From positions 12,348,183 to 12,400,402 of the forward strand of contig NC_057720.1 of the NCBI RefSeq assembly GCF_004010195.1: a stretch of 52,220 nt of DNA, in the 5' to 3' direction. Shown here piece after piece: positions 13,001 to 28,000 of this stretch (position 1 is its first letter; each line of letters begins with the position of its first letter). The translations under genes were made by a program, and so were the position numbers. The notes beneath the pieces were generated by a model. That model had not been told where the DNA came from, did no database searches, and saw nothing but the letters and a program-made list of their open reading frames with translations. The stretch is from Chiloscyllium plagiosum (taxonomy: Eukaryota).

Positions 13001-16000
13001 CATGCAAGATCTTTCTGGTAAACCACCACTGTCTGAAAATTAAATTTATGTTATGTGAGAGCATATCGAGCTAGAACACAATCATAACCGGAGCTTGAAC
13101 ACCAGCAGGAAAACAAAGTAGATATTAACGGTAAATTACTTTGACTCATGGAATATAGGAAGCGGAGTTCTACTATAGAGATCACTGCTGCTTACCATTT
13201 ATAGAATTAATCTGGTCAAATTCAAGTACAAGACCAACATTTTAAATTACACCGACTAGAGGTGCAATAGCTCATAAGCAAGGCAACAAATATCAAGAGG
13301 TTATTAAGAACTTTAACAAATGTGTAATTGTATCAAGCATATTAAAAGCTGTAAATCACATGCTGGGGTTTACTTCCAGAGGAAGAGAATTTGAAGCAGG
13401 GTCTCTGTTGAGAGTTCTTCTGAAAAGTGCAGATCCATAGCCAACAATGTAAGATTGGCATTAATTAATCCCAATAAGGCATTCAGGAAAACTTTTTCAA
13501 GAGTGTTGATAATTTATTTGATGGACTTGAGAGGGTGAATTCAGCCCAGTTGTAATTCCCCACAGGTGACAGGAGTAAGCTACTTTCTAGGATCACTGCA
13601 GTCAACGGTGGTGTGAGTTGAGTAGATACATCACACTGTTGATAGGAAAGGAGTTCCAGAATTTTGAATGATGAAACTGGGATTGAGTTCCAAGTCAGGG
13701 TAGTGTGGGGCTGCTTGGAGGTAAACCTGCAGCATTTGCTGCTCTTGTGCTTCCAGGTGTAGGGGTCATTGTTTTGGAAGTGCTGTGAAAAACAGTCTTA
13801 ATAAGTTGCTGCAGTGAATGGTATAAATCACTGCTTACATGTGTCAATGGTAGAAGATCAAATGATGAAAGCTGTGGATTAGGTGACAATCAAATGGATG
13901 GGAGTGTGGTGCTGGAAAAGCACAACAGGATAGGCAGCATCTGAGGAAGAGGAGAACAGACATTTCGGGCAGAAATGACTCATTCCTGATGAAGGGCTTA
14001 TGTTCGAAGCATCAATTGTCCTGCTCCTCAGATGCTGCCTGACCTGCCATGCTTTTCCAGCACCACACTCTCAACTCTGATTTCCAGCATCTGCAGTCCT
14101 CACTTTCTCCCAATATGTTCTAAATGGATGGCATTGGCTTGGATGGTATCAAACTTCCTGAATTGTTAACTACTCAAACAGAGTTTTCAAGGTGTTAGAT
14201 ATTGCTCATAGGGCTGAAGGGTATAAAGTGGTCAACCATGATCATATTGAATTGCAGAGCAGGTTCAGAGGGCTGAATGGCCTACCTCTTTTCCCATTTT
14301 CTGTTTCCCAAGTGTTGTTCAAATTGTATTCCACCAGACAAGTGGGAATAATCTCAAATATTCCTGATCTTGTAGATGGCGGACAGGGTTTGAGAGTCAT
14401 AAGGCAAGTGACTTAGGCAGAGAAACCTGAGCTTCTCACAGGCTTTTCAATAGTATGTGTCTGTCCCGTTCAGTTTCTCGATGTTGATAGGAATGATAAT
14501 AATGCCACTGAACTTCAAGGGGATATCACGTTTTCTCTTGTGAGATGGTCATTGTCTGGCACTTATGTGGTATGAATGTTACTTGCCATGCATCAAGTCA
14601 ACCCTAAATATTCTATGGATTTTACTATAAATGGACAACTGCTCAATTGGCTTTTATTTAATTTTCATTGTGTGCACTGTTTTTATTCATATCTGCCATT
14701 GGTCTTGTCAGTAGGGACTCTGTGATAGTGTCACGAATAGTGGTGGACATTGTGCAATCTGGCAACATTCCCACTTTTAATTTCAATGAAGAATCAGCTG
14801 AAGCCAGTTGGTCTTCAGACATTACCCTGAGGAGTTCCTCCAGTCATGTTGCAGAACTGACATGACTAACCTCCAATAACCAAGATAAACTTCCACTCTG
14901 CTTGATATGACTCCAACCTGTGGTGACTCCTATTTATGAATCCTACTGAGCCTAGTTTTGTTGGGGCTTCAGCAGCACCTTTCACCACTTTGGGAATGAG
15001 AACAGGCTAATGGGGCAGTAGGTGGCTGGCTGGAGTTTGTCCTAGTTTTTGTGGACAGGAAAGTCCAGGATAACTTTTCAGTGCTAGGCAGACACCAGTG
15101 TTGTTTTAACAGAACAGCTCTACTCTGCATGCAAACTGGTCCCAGAGCACAAGATTTCAGTATTTCTCTTGCTATCACACACAGGACTAATAGAATTAGA
15201 TTACATGTATGCAAAGGAAGCTGAAGTACATGTAGTGTGTGTGTCTGTGTAATAAGTAGACAGAACCAAATGCTGATCAGGTGAAATGAGGCAAAATACA
15301 ATATTGGTCATGCAGAAGGTAATCAATACACACCTATTAAACTGAATGGTCCATTTGTTTGATAACACAATTAGAAATTCATATAAATCCAAGGCATCAA
15401 ACTATCCTTCAATCAAGGGGGAACAAAATAAGACCTTGATTTAACAAGACCAAAATTAGTACACAGAATAAACTAACTGCACATGGCTCTAATTCTAGAC
15501 TACGGTCTCCTTTCATGTGTTTCATACCTATTTCAAATCCACTTCCTGTAAAATAAGATGCAAATAATCCAATCAAAGCACAAACTCAAAGATTAAAACT
15601 ATTTTACCAGGAGCGATCTGTACTTTGCACCCAGACTCTTGTTGAATGCGTGAGATTTGTTCTCCACCTCGACCAATTACTGCAATTAAAAATATCACAT
15701 ATATGCTGATTTTCAAACCAAATAGAATTATTAAATATGTTTGCAAACAGTTTCACATGTACAAAGTTACAACAATACAATTTTTCACAAGCGTCGTCAA
15801 TTCAACAAAAAACAAGCTCGCAATTGCCATCTCTTTGAATCTATTACTGAGAGCACAGGTTCCCAAACTATGCCGTGAACCAGATGAAAATTTTGGGATC
15901 ACAAGCTCTGAGGTATAGTGGCTGCGTAGCAACAGGCCACTTTGATAGTTCTGATTGGGGACTAAGGGTCTGTTGGATCTCCATTTGAGTGCACTGAGTT

Positions 16001-19000
16001 TGACCAAGTGATGATTATCATGAGATTATCAAAATGAATGTTCCCTGTTTACAGATACCTCTACATCAAAGTTAAAATCAAAAACCCATTCCCTGGGATT
16101 ACATTATTTGCCTATTTTGCACTTCTATACACAATACAGGAATGAATCATAGAATCCCTACAGTGTAGAAACAGGCCCTTCAGCCCAGTAAGTCCATACT
16201 GACCCTCGGAACAGTAACCCACCCAGTCCCATTTCCCTACCCTATTACTGTACATTTAACCCAGACTAATGACCTCACCTACACATCCCTAAACACTATG
16301 GGCAACTTAGCAAAGCCAATTCACCTAACCTGCACATCTTTGAATGAATAATCATGCCACAGGAATGATTGCTAAAGGAAGAACAGTTTCTTCTTCTCTG
16401 CATCATCAGAAAAAATGACGCTTCAGTTGAGGATTGGTTAACAAAGGCAGTGTCTGGATTAATGGGTCTTTTTCAGGTTGGAAAGGTACGGTTTCACAAT
16501 GATCAGTCCTATCTGTATTAGTGACTTGGAGGAGGGGCAAAATATAATGTATCTAAATCTTCTGACAATATAAAAGCAGATTGGAGGGCACATATTGTTG
16601 AGGAGACCTGGAATCTCCAAGGAGATATGGATAGGTTAAATGCCCAAAACATTGTTGATGGAGTTTAATGAAGGAAAGCTTGAGGTCATACATTTGGCAG
16701 GAAAATGAAAAGTCAGACTATTATTTAAATAGGGAGACTCCGAAGGCTCCATTGTACATGAGACACAAAGAAGTGAGCAGGTGGTTAACAGAACAAATGG
16801 AACTTTAGCTGTTACTGCTAGGCACTTAGAAGTTTAAAAGCAGGAAAGACATCTTACACGTACAGGGTGTTGGTGATAATGCACCTGGGGTTTGGTACTG
16901 TACTAAATGAAAAGGATAAACTGACATTGGTGACTGTACTGAAGAGGCTTCCTCGGCTGATTCTCAGGGTTCAGGGGTTAATTTATTGTGAATGACAATG
17001 TTGGTTATGCCTTACCACTATTAATTTCACTATTCCTAGAACATGTTAAGATTAACAAGGAGGAGGCATGAGATGTTTTAATAGACACCAAGGTGCATAA
17101 ATCCTCAGGGCCTGAGATTATCCCAGGTTGCTACGGGAGGCAAGGGGCCCTGATAGAGATGTTCATACTTGGCTGGCAATACGTGAAATGTCAGATGAGT
17201 GAAGGATAGCTAATGTGGTTCCTTTGTTCAACAAAAACAGCAGGAATAGGCCAGGTAATTGCAAATCAGTTAGTACGACATCAGTGGCAGGAAAGGCACT
17301 GATTTCTGGAGGGAGCTCTTATCTGACTAATTTAATAAGAGTTTTTTTGAACCAAATATATTGATGAATGCAGTGCAGTTGATGTAGATTACATGGACTT
17401 TAGGAAGGTTTTTAAAACAAAGGTCACACATGGAAAGCTGCTCCAACTGTTAAGAGCCCATAGAATCCAAGGCATGTTAGTGAACTGAATCCAAAACTGG
17501 CTTACAAACAGAGGACTGGTTTTCTAATTGGAAGCCTGTGACCAGCTGTAATCCAAAGGGAACAGGAACCCTTTGTTTGTTATGCACATTAATGACTTGA
17601 TGCAAATGTCAATGGGATACAGAGGAACCTCAATTAACCGAAGGACATGGGCAGAGAGTATTTCCTTCAGTTAATCAAATGCTGGATAACAGTTAAACCA
17701 AGCATTGGGACCTTGCAGTCTTGTTCAGATAATCAAAAGCCGGAAAATCAAGGTTCCTCTGTAATTAGTAAATCTGCAGATGACATAAATTGGTCAAGGT
17801 GTTGATAGTGAGGAAAATGGTCTCAGATGACAATGAACAGCTACGAATTGGGCAATTGTGGTCACTGCACTATGGGAAAGATGTGATTGCACCTGACGGG
17901 GTGAAGACGAGATTCACCTGGAATTAAACATCTCTGTTTTGAGATAGGTGAATATGTAGGTGGGTAGATTTACAATATTGAGAGGCATAGACTGGAGATT
18001 GAGAGTCTCTTCGCCAAAGCAGGTGTGCCTAAGAACAGAGGGCCTAAGTTTAAGGTGAGGATTAAGTGCTTTGGAGGAGATCGGGAAAAAAGGTTTTTCA
18101 CGCACTGTGGGGTAAAATATGGAATGCGCTGCCTGGTAGTCTCAACATTTAAGATGAACCACTTAAAAAGTCAGGGCATAGTATGCTGTATACAAGGGCA
18201 GGGACAGGCCTGTTTCTGTGCTGTATGACTCAGTTTAGAAGCATGAGGGATGGTCTTATTGTGACAATACTGCTCCTTTAACAAGGTTATGATGTCTTTG
18301 GTTTTTTTCCCCCCCAAAGTGGTCGTTAAAGACACAGTCTCTGAAAGTCTAAGTTGAAGGGCTTTAGGGCTAGTTTGATCACAGCTAACAGATACTGCCA
18401 GAGGAAAAAGGCTTTCAAGTTTATAAAAACACTTGTACAATGAAAGGGGAGTGGCCAGTTGTCCCAGCTCAGCTTTTCTCTGATTTAGTTTTAGTACAGT
18501 AGTGATTCTGAAGCTGCTGGACCCAAATAAGCAGGTTCCTGCTGGTACTCTCTCTCTCTGACATTTCTCCAAAGACCCTGTGAGTGATTTTACTTTTTGT
18601 GCCAAGGGGTTTTTATGGGGATTGTTGCAAGTATTTGGATCAGCATCATTAAGTTTGGATAACCTATCCATAAACCCAACAGATTAAGTTATTCTACATT
18701 CTGTTCTCTTGTTTGTATTTCATTCAGTAATTTAGATTAGATTATTTAGATTACTTACAGTGTGGAAACAGGCCCTTCGGCCCAACAAGCCCACACCGAC
18801 CCGCCGAAGCGCAACCCACCCGGACCCATTCCCCTATATTTACCCCTTCACCTAACACTACAGGCAATTTAGCATGGCCAATCCACCTAACCTGCACATT
18901 TTTGGATTGTGGGAGGAAACCGGAGTACCCAGAGGAAACCCACGCAGACACGGGGAGAATGTGCAAACTACACACAGCCGCCGGAGGTGGGAATTGAACC

Positions 19001-22000
19001 CGGGTCTCTGGCGCTGTGAAGCAGCAGTGCTAACCACTGTGCCACCCACAACCTTGTAAATAAATTCTGTTTTGTTTGAAACTAAGTGGTTTGACCAGCA
19101 TCTTCTCTCCTGGAATATCTGCTTTACATCTGCTTAAAAACCACTGGTAAAGTTAGGCTCTGAGTTACTTTCTTGAAATGTTTTGAGGGGGTTTGGCTTG
19201 GTCCTTAACATTATAGAAACATACAAGATTCTGAGGAGGCTTGACAGGGTGGATGTTGAGGTGTTTTCACCAGTGGGGAAATCTCAGACTAAGGGAAATA
19301 AATATAGAATAAGAGGAAATGCATTTAAAACTGATATTTGAAAGAATGTCTCCCAGAGGATAGCAAATATCTGGAATTTTCTACCTTCGAAGGTTGTGGA
19401 GTCTAGAAAATATTTAAAGAGGACTTAGGCAAATTTCTGATATATAAAAGAGTTGACAGCTTTGCTGAACTGGTACAAAACAGGAGTTCAGGCCTGGAGC
19501 AGATCAACCATGACTGACAAGGCAGGACTGAAGGGTGAAGTGGTCCGCTCTTGCTCAAATTTCTTATGTTCTGGCAAGTATATCCATCTGGTCCTAATGC
19601 TACTTTTTACACAATTGCTCAAACCTTCTTTCAATTTATAGAAAACAATCAAGTTTTTCCATAATCATTCTGAAGGGAGTTACATACCTAACACTGAATG
19701 TAGTTAGGCAAGGCCCAAAGCAGAGAGGTTTGACTGTCTGCATCGAGTTGACTGATCCCACTTGTGCCAATGCTACATTAGGAGATGAAACAAGTAGTCC
19801 CAGTGACTCTTACTGGGAGTTGGATATGTGTGCAGGTCATGTAAGGATGGTGCAAGGCTTTGCCCGAATTTGGTTCAGCTTGCCCGAAACGCCGATTTTC
19901 CTGCTCCTCAGATGCTGCCTGACCTGCTGTGCTTTTCCAGCACCACTCTAATCTAGACTCTACCACTATTCCCAGTCTAGCGAGATAGAGTGTTAACTTG
20001 GACACAGGTTGACAACACTGACTAAATAACACACTAGAGTCACAGAGATGTACAGCATGGAAACAGACCCTCCAAACCCTTCCTATTCATATACCCATCC
20101 AGATGTCTTTTAAATGTTGCAATTGTACCAGCCTCCACCACATCCTCTGGCAGCTCATTCCATATATGTACCACACCTTAGGTCTCTTTTATATCTTTCC
20201 CCTCTCACCCTAAACCTATGCCCTCCAGTACTGGACTCCCCGACCCCAGGGAAAAGACTTTGTCCATTTATCCTATCCATGCCCCTCAATTTTGTAAACG
20301 TCTATAAGGTCACTCCTCAGCCTCCGACGCTCCAAGGAAAACAGACCCCGCCTGTTCAACTTCTCCCTGTAGCTCAAATCCTCCAACCCTGGCAACATCC
20401 TTGTAAATCTTTTTTGAACCCTTTCAAGTTTCACAACATCTTTCCGATAGGAAGGGGACCAGAATTGCACAGAATATTCCAATAGTGGCCTTACCAATGT
20501 TCTGTACAGCCGCAACATGACCTCCCAATTCCTGTACTCAATACTCTGACCAATAAAGGAAAGCATACCAAACGCCTTCTTCACTATCCTATCTACCTGC
20601 GACTCCACTTTCAAGGAACTATGAACCTGCACTCCAAGGTTTCTTTGTTCAGCAACACTCCTTAGGACCTTACCATTAAGTTGCTTTCCCAAAATGCAGC
20701 ACTTCACCTTCATCTGAATTAAACTCCATCTGCCACTTCTCAGCCCATTGGCCCATCTGGTCCAGATCCTGTTGTAATCTGAGGTAACCCTCTTCGCTGT
20801 CCACTACGCCTCCAATTTTGGTGTCATCTGCAAACTTACTAACTGTATCTCTTATGCTCATATCCAAATCATTTATGTAAATGACAAAAAGTAGAGGACC
20901 CAGCACCGACCCTTGTGGCACTCCACTGGTCACAGGCCTCCAGTCTGAAAAACCCTCCCCCACCACCCTCTGCCTTCTACCTTTGAGTCGGTTATGTATC
21001 CAAAAGTGGCAAGAAATATTCTCAACAGAATAAAAAGGCAAATGAAACCAGTGGAGGCAAACAGAATTGTCTTCCAGGCAAAAGGGTTGTGAAGAGGCAA
21101 ATGATTTTTACTTTCTAACAAACCAACTATTCGAACAGTACAGTGTTTAAGCATGTAGAATTGATAGCAACCTGTTTATTCTTTATGGAAAAACACCCCA
21201 ATGTGCTTTTCAGAGAGGGTGGTCAAAAACATGAAAGTGAAGCTCAAGGAGGATGTTAGGAAAGGTGACAAAAACTTCAGAGAGGTAGTTTTTAAGAAGG
21301 TCTTCAAGCTGACTGATGTGAAGAAAGAGTGATGCACTGAATGAAGTGTAAGAAGGTTCTTATACCTGGGAACAATCCAGCAGAAGGCATGGCCACCAAA
21401 TATAATTTTTAAACAAGGCACAGGGAGTAAAGGATGGCAACAGAACTCAATATAGGCCCCTTAAAGGCAAAGGGCTGGTCATAAAAGAATCAAAACATGA
21501 ATCTGGAAATAACAAAAGTGCTGACAGCTTCAGCAGCATCTGAACAGACACAGATGCTTTCACAGGGATCAAAGTTGAGTATGCATGATGGAGGATGTTT
21601 AGGGAAAATCAGCCAAAGTATGCGTGTGGGAAGGTTCACCACAACTTTATTGAAAGTATGGAGTGTAGCACAAGCTAAAGCTGGTTTTTCCCAAAGGTAT
21701 CTGAGGTTGGTCAAACAGATGTTGACAGCAAGAAAAAAAAGCAGTACATGTTCAAGAGTCAAAGTAACATCATTGGTGTGCACAAATATAAATGGAATAA
21801 AATGTGTTTACTTACTGAATCCAACCATACCGTCAGGTACTTTGTATTCCTCCGTGGCAATTGCCCTATGTATAAAAAGAGTTCAGAAATTATCTAACAC
21901 TGTGACTGGCACAATTGGAGGTTTCTTCAGTCCCTTTCTTCCATTCCCACTGACCTCGCACTAAAATCCTGGGCCTTTGGCTGCTCACAGCATTGACCAA

Positions 22001-25000
22001 TTGCTACCACTAGATGGACATCAGTTAATACAAACTAAATGCAATTTTTACTGCACATTGTACTTTCTTTATATTTGTACATTTGTTAAATGATATTTCA
22101 TGTTGGCGTTCAGAAATGTAACGAATTTCAACTGACAATGCTTACATTTGTTTCTGCTCAAGTCCCACAGTACACTGCAGTATAGATGTCCTTATTTAAT
22201 AGTTATGGTTGCATTGCAGAACATCAGAGTTTTAAATTAATACCCTTTAAATAAAGCAAACACAGAAACAATGCTGGAGAAACTTAGCAAAGCTTGGAGC
22301 ATCTATGGAAGTAAACACAGAGTTTTCGCTTTGAGTTTAGTATGACTTTTTCCAGAACAAAGTATTGGAAAATAGTCTTTTATACTTTTATGAAGAATAA
22401 ATATTTTAAAATAAGCATTATTTTCATTAGGAATCAATGTTAAAACCAAAGTTAAGTTCCCGAGCACAGTTTTGCTTTGGAAAAACAATGTAAAATTATT
22501 ATACTGTAAGATGCATGAGCAATTCTGCAACTTCCTCGCTGAAATCACAAAAAAGATCACTAAACATTCTGAACATTACAACATTGGCAATATCTTAAAA
22601 ATACAAATCAGCCAACAATCACCAGTCTTTCTCAAACAGTCCCTCTCACTTGAGATTAACATGTTACTGTTCCAGCTGGTGGATTCCACGTGATCGACAG
22701 GTCCAGTGCATCATCTGCATTCTTGGCCACAAGACCAGTATCACCGTATTTTGATGCCCTCCCAAATCATTTGCACCATCCACTTTGATGAGCTGGGAGA
22801 TGGAGGCAGTAGGCAATTACTGGGTGTTTCTGACTGACGTTCAAAAGGGATTGCAGCATTAGACTACAGGCATCGAATAATAGAATTTAAAATGGCTCCT
22901 CTAACATTTTATCAATGGCTTTAAAATGGCTCCTGAGCCCAGCCTGCAATCTGAGATTTTAAACTGCCTCCAGTGCTTCGTTTCCAGCAGCGAAGTACAA
23001 CCAAAGCCAGTCCTCAGGCAAGGAAAGCTTCAGTGAAGAAAGCAAGTTGCTTGCTTTCACAAGCTTAGTACAAGTTCCTCAACTATTGCACAGGTAAAGA
23101 ACTACACAATACCATCAAGAATTATTTTTAAAAAGCTATACAGCACTTCCTGTGTCACGACAGACAAACAAATTGAGCTACTTCAATACCTGCTCAGAGT
23201 AACTCAATTCCAGTTTTAACAAAATCACATGGAAACCTATGATTCATCTCAAGTAGTTTCTCTAAAGAACAAAGCTATGATGTTTAAGTGAGGAAGGACT
23301 GCATTGTAATTTAGTTGGAAGGAACATGCATTGGTGTTACCAATTTCAGGACAGTAAAGCTATAGATTCATTCAATCTGGCAAATATACTACTTACTCTG
23401 CACATATTTAATGTTTTACATATATTATTTCATGGTACAAGGTACACTCTTAACTATTCTTTGACTTGAGTACATTGGCAGACCATTTCAGAGGACATTT
23501 AAAAGTCAACCAGATTGCAGTGGGTCTACAGTCACATTTGTCAGACCTCGCAACGATAGAACGACCTTCCCTGAATTATCGATTAGTTTCACGATCATTA
23601 ATTTGATCAGCTGGGATTTGAAACATGAATCCCGAACATCAGCCTCAGGATTGAGTGACAAGCCAACCAAACCATCACCTTCCCAAGCTTATTAAAACGG
23701 GCTGTGAAACAAGCGCATTGGTCCCCTCATCTCTAACCCCATTTCATAAGAAGAAATACTTGGTCTTCACCCTCCATGGAAAATATATCAAATTTCCCAG
23801 TTACATACTTATAATGCTAGTCAAACACCAATCAAACCTGTACGTGCACATTTTAGAAACCGTGTGGCTGGGGCCTATTATATAAAACCATAGAACACTA
23901 TCAGTGCAGAACTGTTTTTTGTGTCTATCAAGTCCAGACCAACTTTGCAGAAGCAAGTCAGCTGATTCCACACCCCTGCCATTTCCTCATAAGGCTACAA
24001 ACTTTCTCCCTTTATCACAGAATCCCGACAGTGTGAAAACAGGCCATTTGGCCCAACAAGTCCACACCGACCCTCCAAATAGTATCCCACCCAGACCCAT
24101 TCCCCTACCTATTACTCTACATTCCCATGACTAATGCACCAACCAACACATCCCTGAACACTATGGGCAATTTAGCATGGCCAATTCACCTAAACTGCAC
24201 ATCTTCAGGTGCTTCGCCAATTTCCCTTGGAATAGCTCCATTCTCTCTCCCTTCACTATACCCTTAGAGGAATATTCTAGGTGCACCAAAGGTTTCCTCA
24301 TACTGCTTGTGACTCTTAATCACCTACAATCAGCTCTTGTTTTCAGCTCTCGTAAAAATGGCTAATTTCACATAGCTACTTTGTTGAGATCCCTTAGATT
24401 TGAGCATCTCCAATAACTTATAATGCGTACAGACAATTACAGTCCCTGGCTTGGAACCATTGTCTTCCATTCTTTACCGTGTCAAGATTTCATACTTTTC
24501 TAATGTTAAGTGCCTAGAAATGTCCACAATGCCTCAGTCGAGGTGAAGCTAATGTTTTACAAAGGTTCACCATAACTTACACATGCTACCTTAACCATGG
24601 TCTCAATCTGCCCTCCCACCTTCAATAAATGTGCATATGCAACCCCAGAAGACTATGTCGGTACCCATCTTTGGAATAATGCCCAGGTTACCCTGGAAAT
24701 TAGCAGTAGCATTTCGAGTGGTGCTCACAACAAACAGGATGCTGCCATCAAGCCAAAAAGATATTCTATCTGTCATACAAATCAGTGTTTGTGGTACAGG
24801 AATTGCAGATGCGCTTTTATGCTTGGTACATAAGCCTATGTTCCAAAGACTGGCACATCATATCAAACAGCCAATAGCTTGAGCTGCTCCCAATAAGATA
24901 CTGAACATGCCCAGCCAGCCACTCTTGCAAAACTCTCAAGTTCCCAACATTAGACATGACTTTACAATCGGGACACAATTTGCAAGGTAACCCAGTGTTC

Positions 25001-28000
25001 AAAGAATTACGGCGACAAGCAAATTAGGATTGCCCACTAGGCTTGCATTGTGTGCACCTGCATACAGTGGAAAATACATATTAACATATGGGCCCTGCGC
25101 TTTGTGAAGAAAACGTACATGCACTGCGCTGTTTCAACTCGTCATGCTAAGTGACAGCCATTTGCTGGTTCATTTATCAAGGAAATGTTGAGGGTCAGCT
25201 TGTCTAGTTTATAATTTGAATAAGCCTGGCAGTAAACTTAAACAGCATTAACGGCGCATACTCAGTGGTACTGCCTGTACAATCAGAATCCACTTGCTAT
25301 TAAAACAGCAGTCTCCTCTCATCTATGAATGTTGATTTTCCCCTTAAATTGGTATTCTTGTGTATTGTTCTGATGAGTGCAAAATGAAAGGTTTTGGCAA
25401 CCTTTTTTAAAATCAGCAATTCCACAATTTCTTGATAACCAAACAACTATTTAAGTTAATAAATGTCTTCCCTACCTCTGTTGATGCATTGCAGCTAGCT
25501 GTGCTCCAAATGCTTGGAAGGAAAAAAACAAGTATTAACCAATAATCTGATGATTGCGCATTATAAAAACTTAGAATGAAAGCTTATAATAAAAACTTAT
25601 AATAAAAGCTTATTAAAAGCGACAAAATGCACAGCATGAAAAAGTTACAAATTACGTTTATAAAGATGTTAACGAATGCTGTACACAGAATTTGCAATAA
25701 AATCAAGCCATTTGATGAAACTGCTTATTAAGTGGTTATGCTCCACATGAGCCCCCTCCCGCCATAGCTAATCTAACCCCATTGGTACACTGTTCCAATC
25801 TTTCAGCCTCCTTTGGTTAAACTTACCCTCAACTATGTCTATCCTATTGACCTTAATTACTCAATTTAGTACATACTACAGCTGTAACCACTTGCTCGAA
25901 TCTTGGGGATTTACTCATTCTTAAAATGAAGTATAAACACTATTTCGCTACCAGTTGCACCACTTCTGTATCTTACATATTCCCAAGAGACAACCTGCAT
26001 TTACACATGGGCACCTTGTCAAGTAGACATATGAATACCAATATTTCTAGATTTCAATTTTTCAAAAACTCTGTTATTCACCTGCTCGTCGCAAATGGGT
26101 ATAAAGAAAATTAATAAGCAACTGAGGATGAGTCATCAAGACCAACCTTTAGGTTAATGAGCTAAGGAAACCTAGGTCATACAGTGGAAACAAACTCCGT
26201 GAAACTCAATGTCGACAAGATAGTTGCTGTTTGTGGATGCTATTGTGCTGCTATTTCTCTAAAACTGACACTTGCGGTTATAAACGCAGCTGTACAAGGT
26301 GGCTTTTTTCTATGAACCAGGATATCAATCAATAAATCATGAAGGCTTAAAAATTTAGACAAATTTTGTTCAAGACAGAAGGCAAAATCAGGCCCACAAA
26401 ATGATTTTGGAATCAATCTCTTGAGCAAGTTTCTTCCCATTCTGGAAATAGGAATTCAGGCCAAGTGACCTGAATTTTTGAAACGAATTTCTATTTTCGA
26501 AGACAAAACAAGTCATTCCCATAAGCAGAAAATTACCTCTCATCTTTTCACAAACTTCATAATCATTTTAGTTTTTTCCATTTTTGTTTAAAATAAAGAG
26601 CAATCAAGCTGCAATGGTCAGATTGACACGAGCTTAACACACTAGGTTTAGGAAAGCAAGACTTCATGGAAATAGTGTCTTTCAAATACTTAAATTACCT
26701 ACTCACTGGAAAAAATCTATGATGAGAATAAATAACCAGCTGAGGATGGCTCAATTTTAAATTAATGAGCAAAGAAAACCCAGGTGATACTGATTGTGGA
26801 AAACAAACTTCACCTTGAGATCATGTTATGATGTCTAAAGTTGTTTAATAGTTACTGTTAATATCAAATTATTTTGATTGATTTCCAGGTTTTCCAGTTT
26901 TTATTCTATTTATCATCTCTATATGATTGACAGAAGGAATGACCCAACCATGCGGATGATGCTGTTCAAACAATGTTATCCATTTTAGAAGAGCATTGTC
27001 TCAATTTATGCCAACCAAACGGTGAACAGTTTCAACTACTAACATGAAAGCACAAGACGACCAATGCACATGGCATCTGTGCTGGCTAATCTCCATCAAC
27101 TTTGTAGCAAATCTAATCTGGTTCGCAAAATTAAGTAATTTGAATAAAGCTAAGATTGTCTGGGATACATGCATGCAAGTGCATTTCATAACTTGTGCTC
27201 ATACAACAGAAGAGTGACTAGTCATACAAGTCTTTTTTTAAAATTACAAGTGGGAAAAGATCTACCTCAAAGTCTCTAAAATGGAAGAGCCAGAAAAGCA
27301 CTACTTACGATCATTCTGAGCAACTTTCTTGGTATCTGGTTGATCTGCAAAACAAAGGATTTTCTCAATTGATAAATCTAGCTATTCCACCGAACCAAAG
27401 TAAATAATCATTGCGAAGCGGCCCTGTCAATTTTCATCTTTCAGAAAGCAGGATAAACAGAGGAAGGATGTTCATGATGACAGGGAAGTTCAGAAACAGT
27501 GGTCATAGTTTAAGATAAAGAATAGGCCATTAAGGGCTGAGTTGAGGAAAGACTGCTTCACACACAATAGTGAGTCTGTGAAACTGTCTTCCACAGAAAA
27601 TGGTCGAGGTCAAATATTCAATGTTTTCAAGAAGTTGGACACTGTTCTTCAGGATAAAAGGAGTAAAGGTTACAGGGAGAAAGCAAGAACTAGGTGTGGA
27701 GTTGAGTGATCATACTGAACTGTGGAGCAGACTCAATGGGTCACAAGGCATACTCCAGTTTTCTTTGTTGTTACATGAACTAAAAAAACAGGATTTTGTA
27801 ATCAAAATTATTACTTTTGCAGTACATTTGGAAAACACAACATTCCAAACAACATCAAAAGTTAGGACAGATACAAAATTAGATTCCTGGCCAGAACTTG
27901 GAGTTATGTTTGAAATTCAGTGCCGGCGCAGAGCAGTCTGTAAACAAACTGTGGAGTCGTCAGCAGACCCACATTTTTTTTTAAAAGCTAGAAAGGAAGT

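Noticed and set aside
18990..19049. tRNA gene
   Set aside because: It is the tRNA-derived head of an HE1 SINE, continuous with the SINE body
21497..21964. 155-aa plus-strand ORF
   Set aside because: Antisense to exon 5 and intronic sequence, with no recognisable domain
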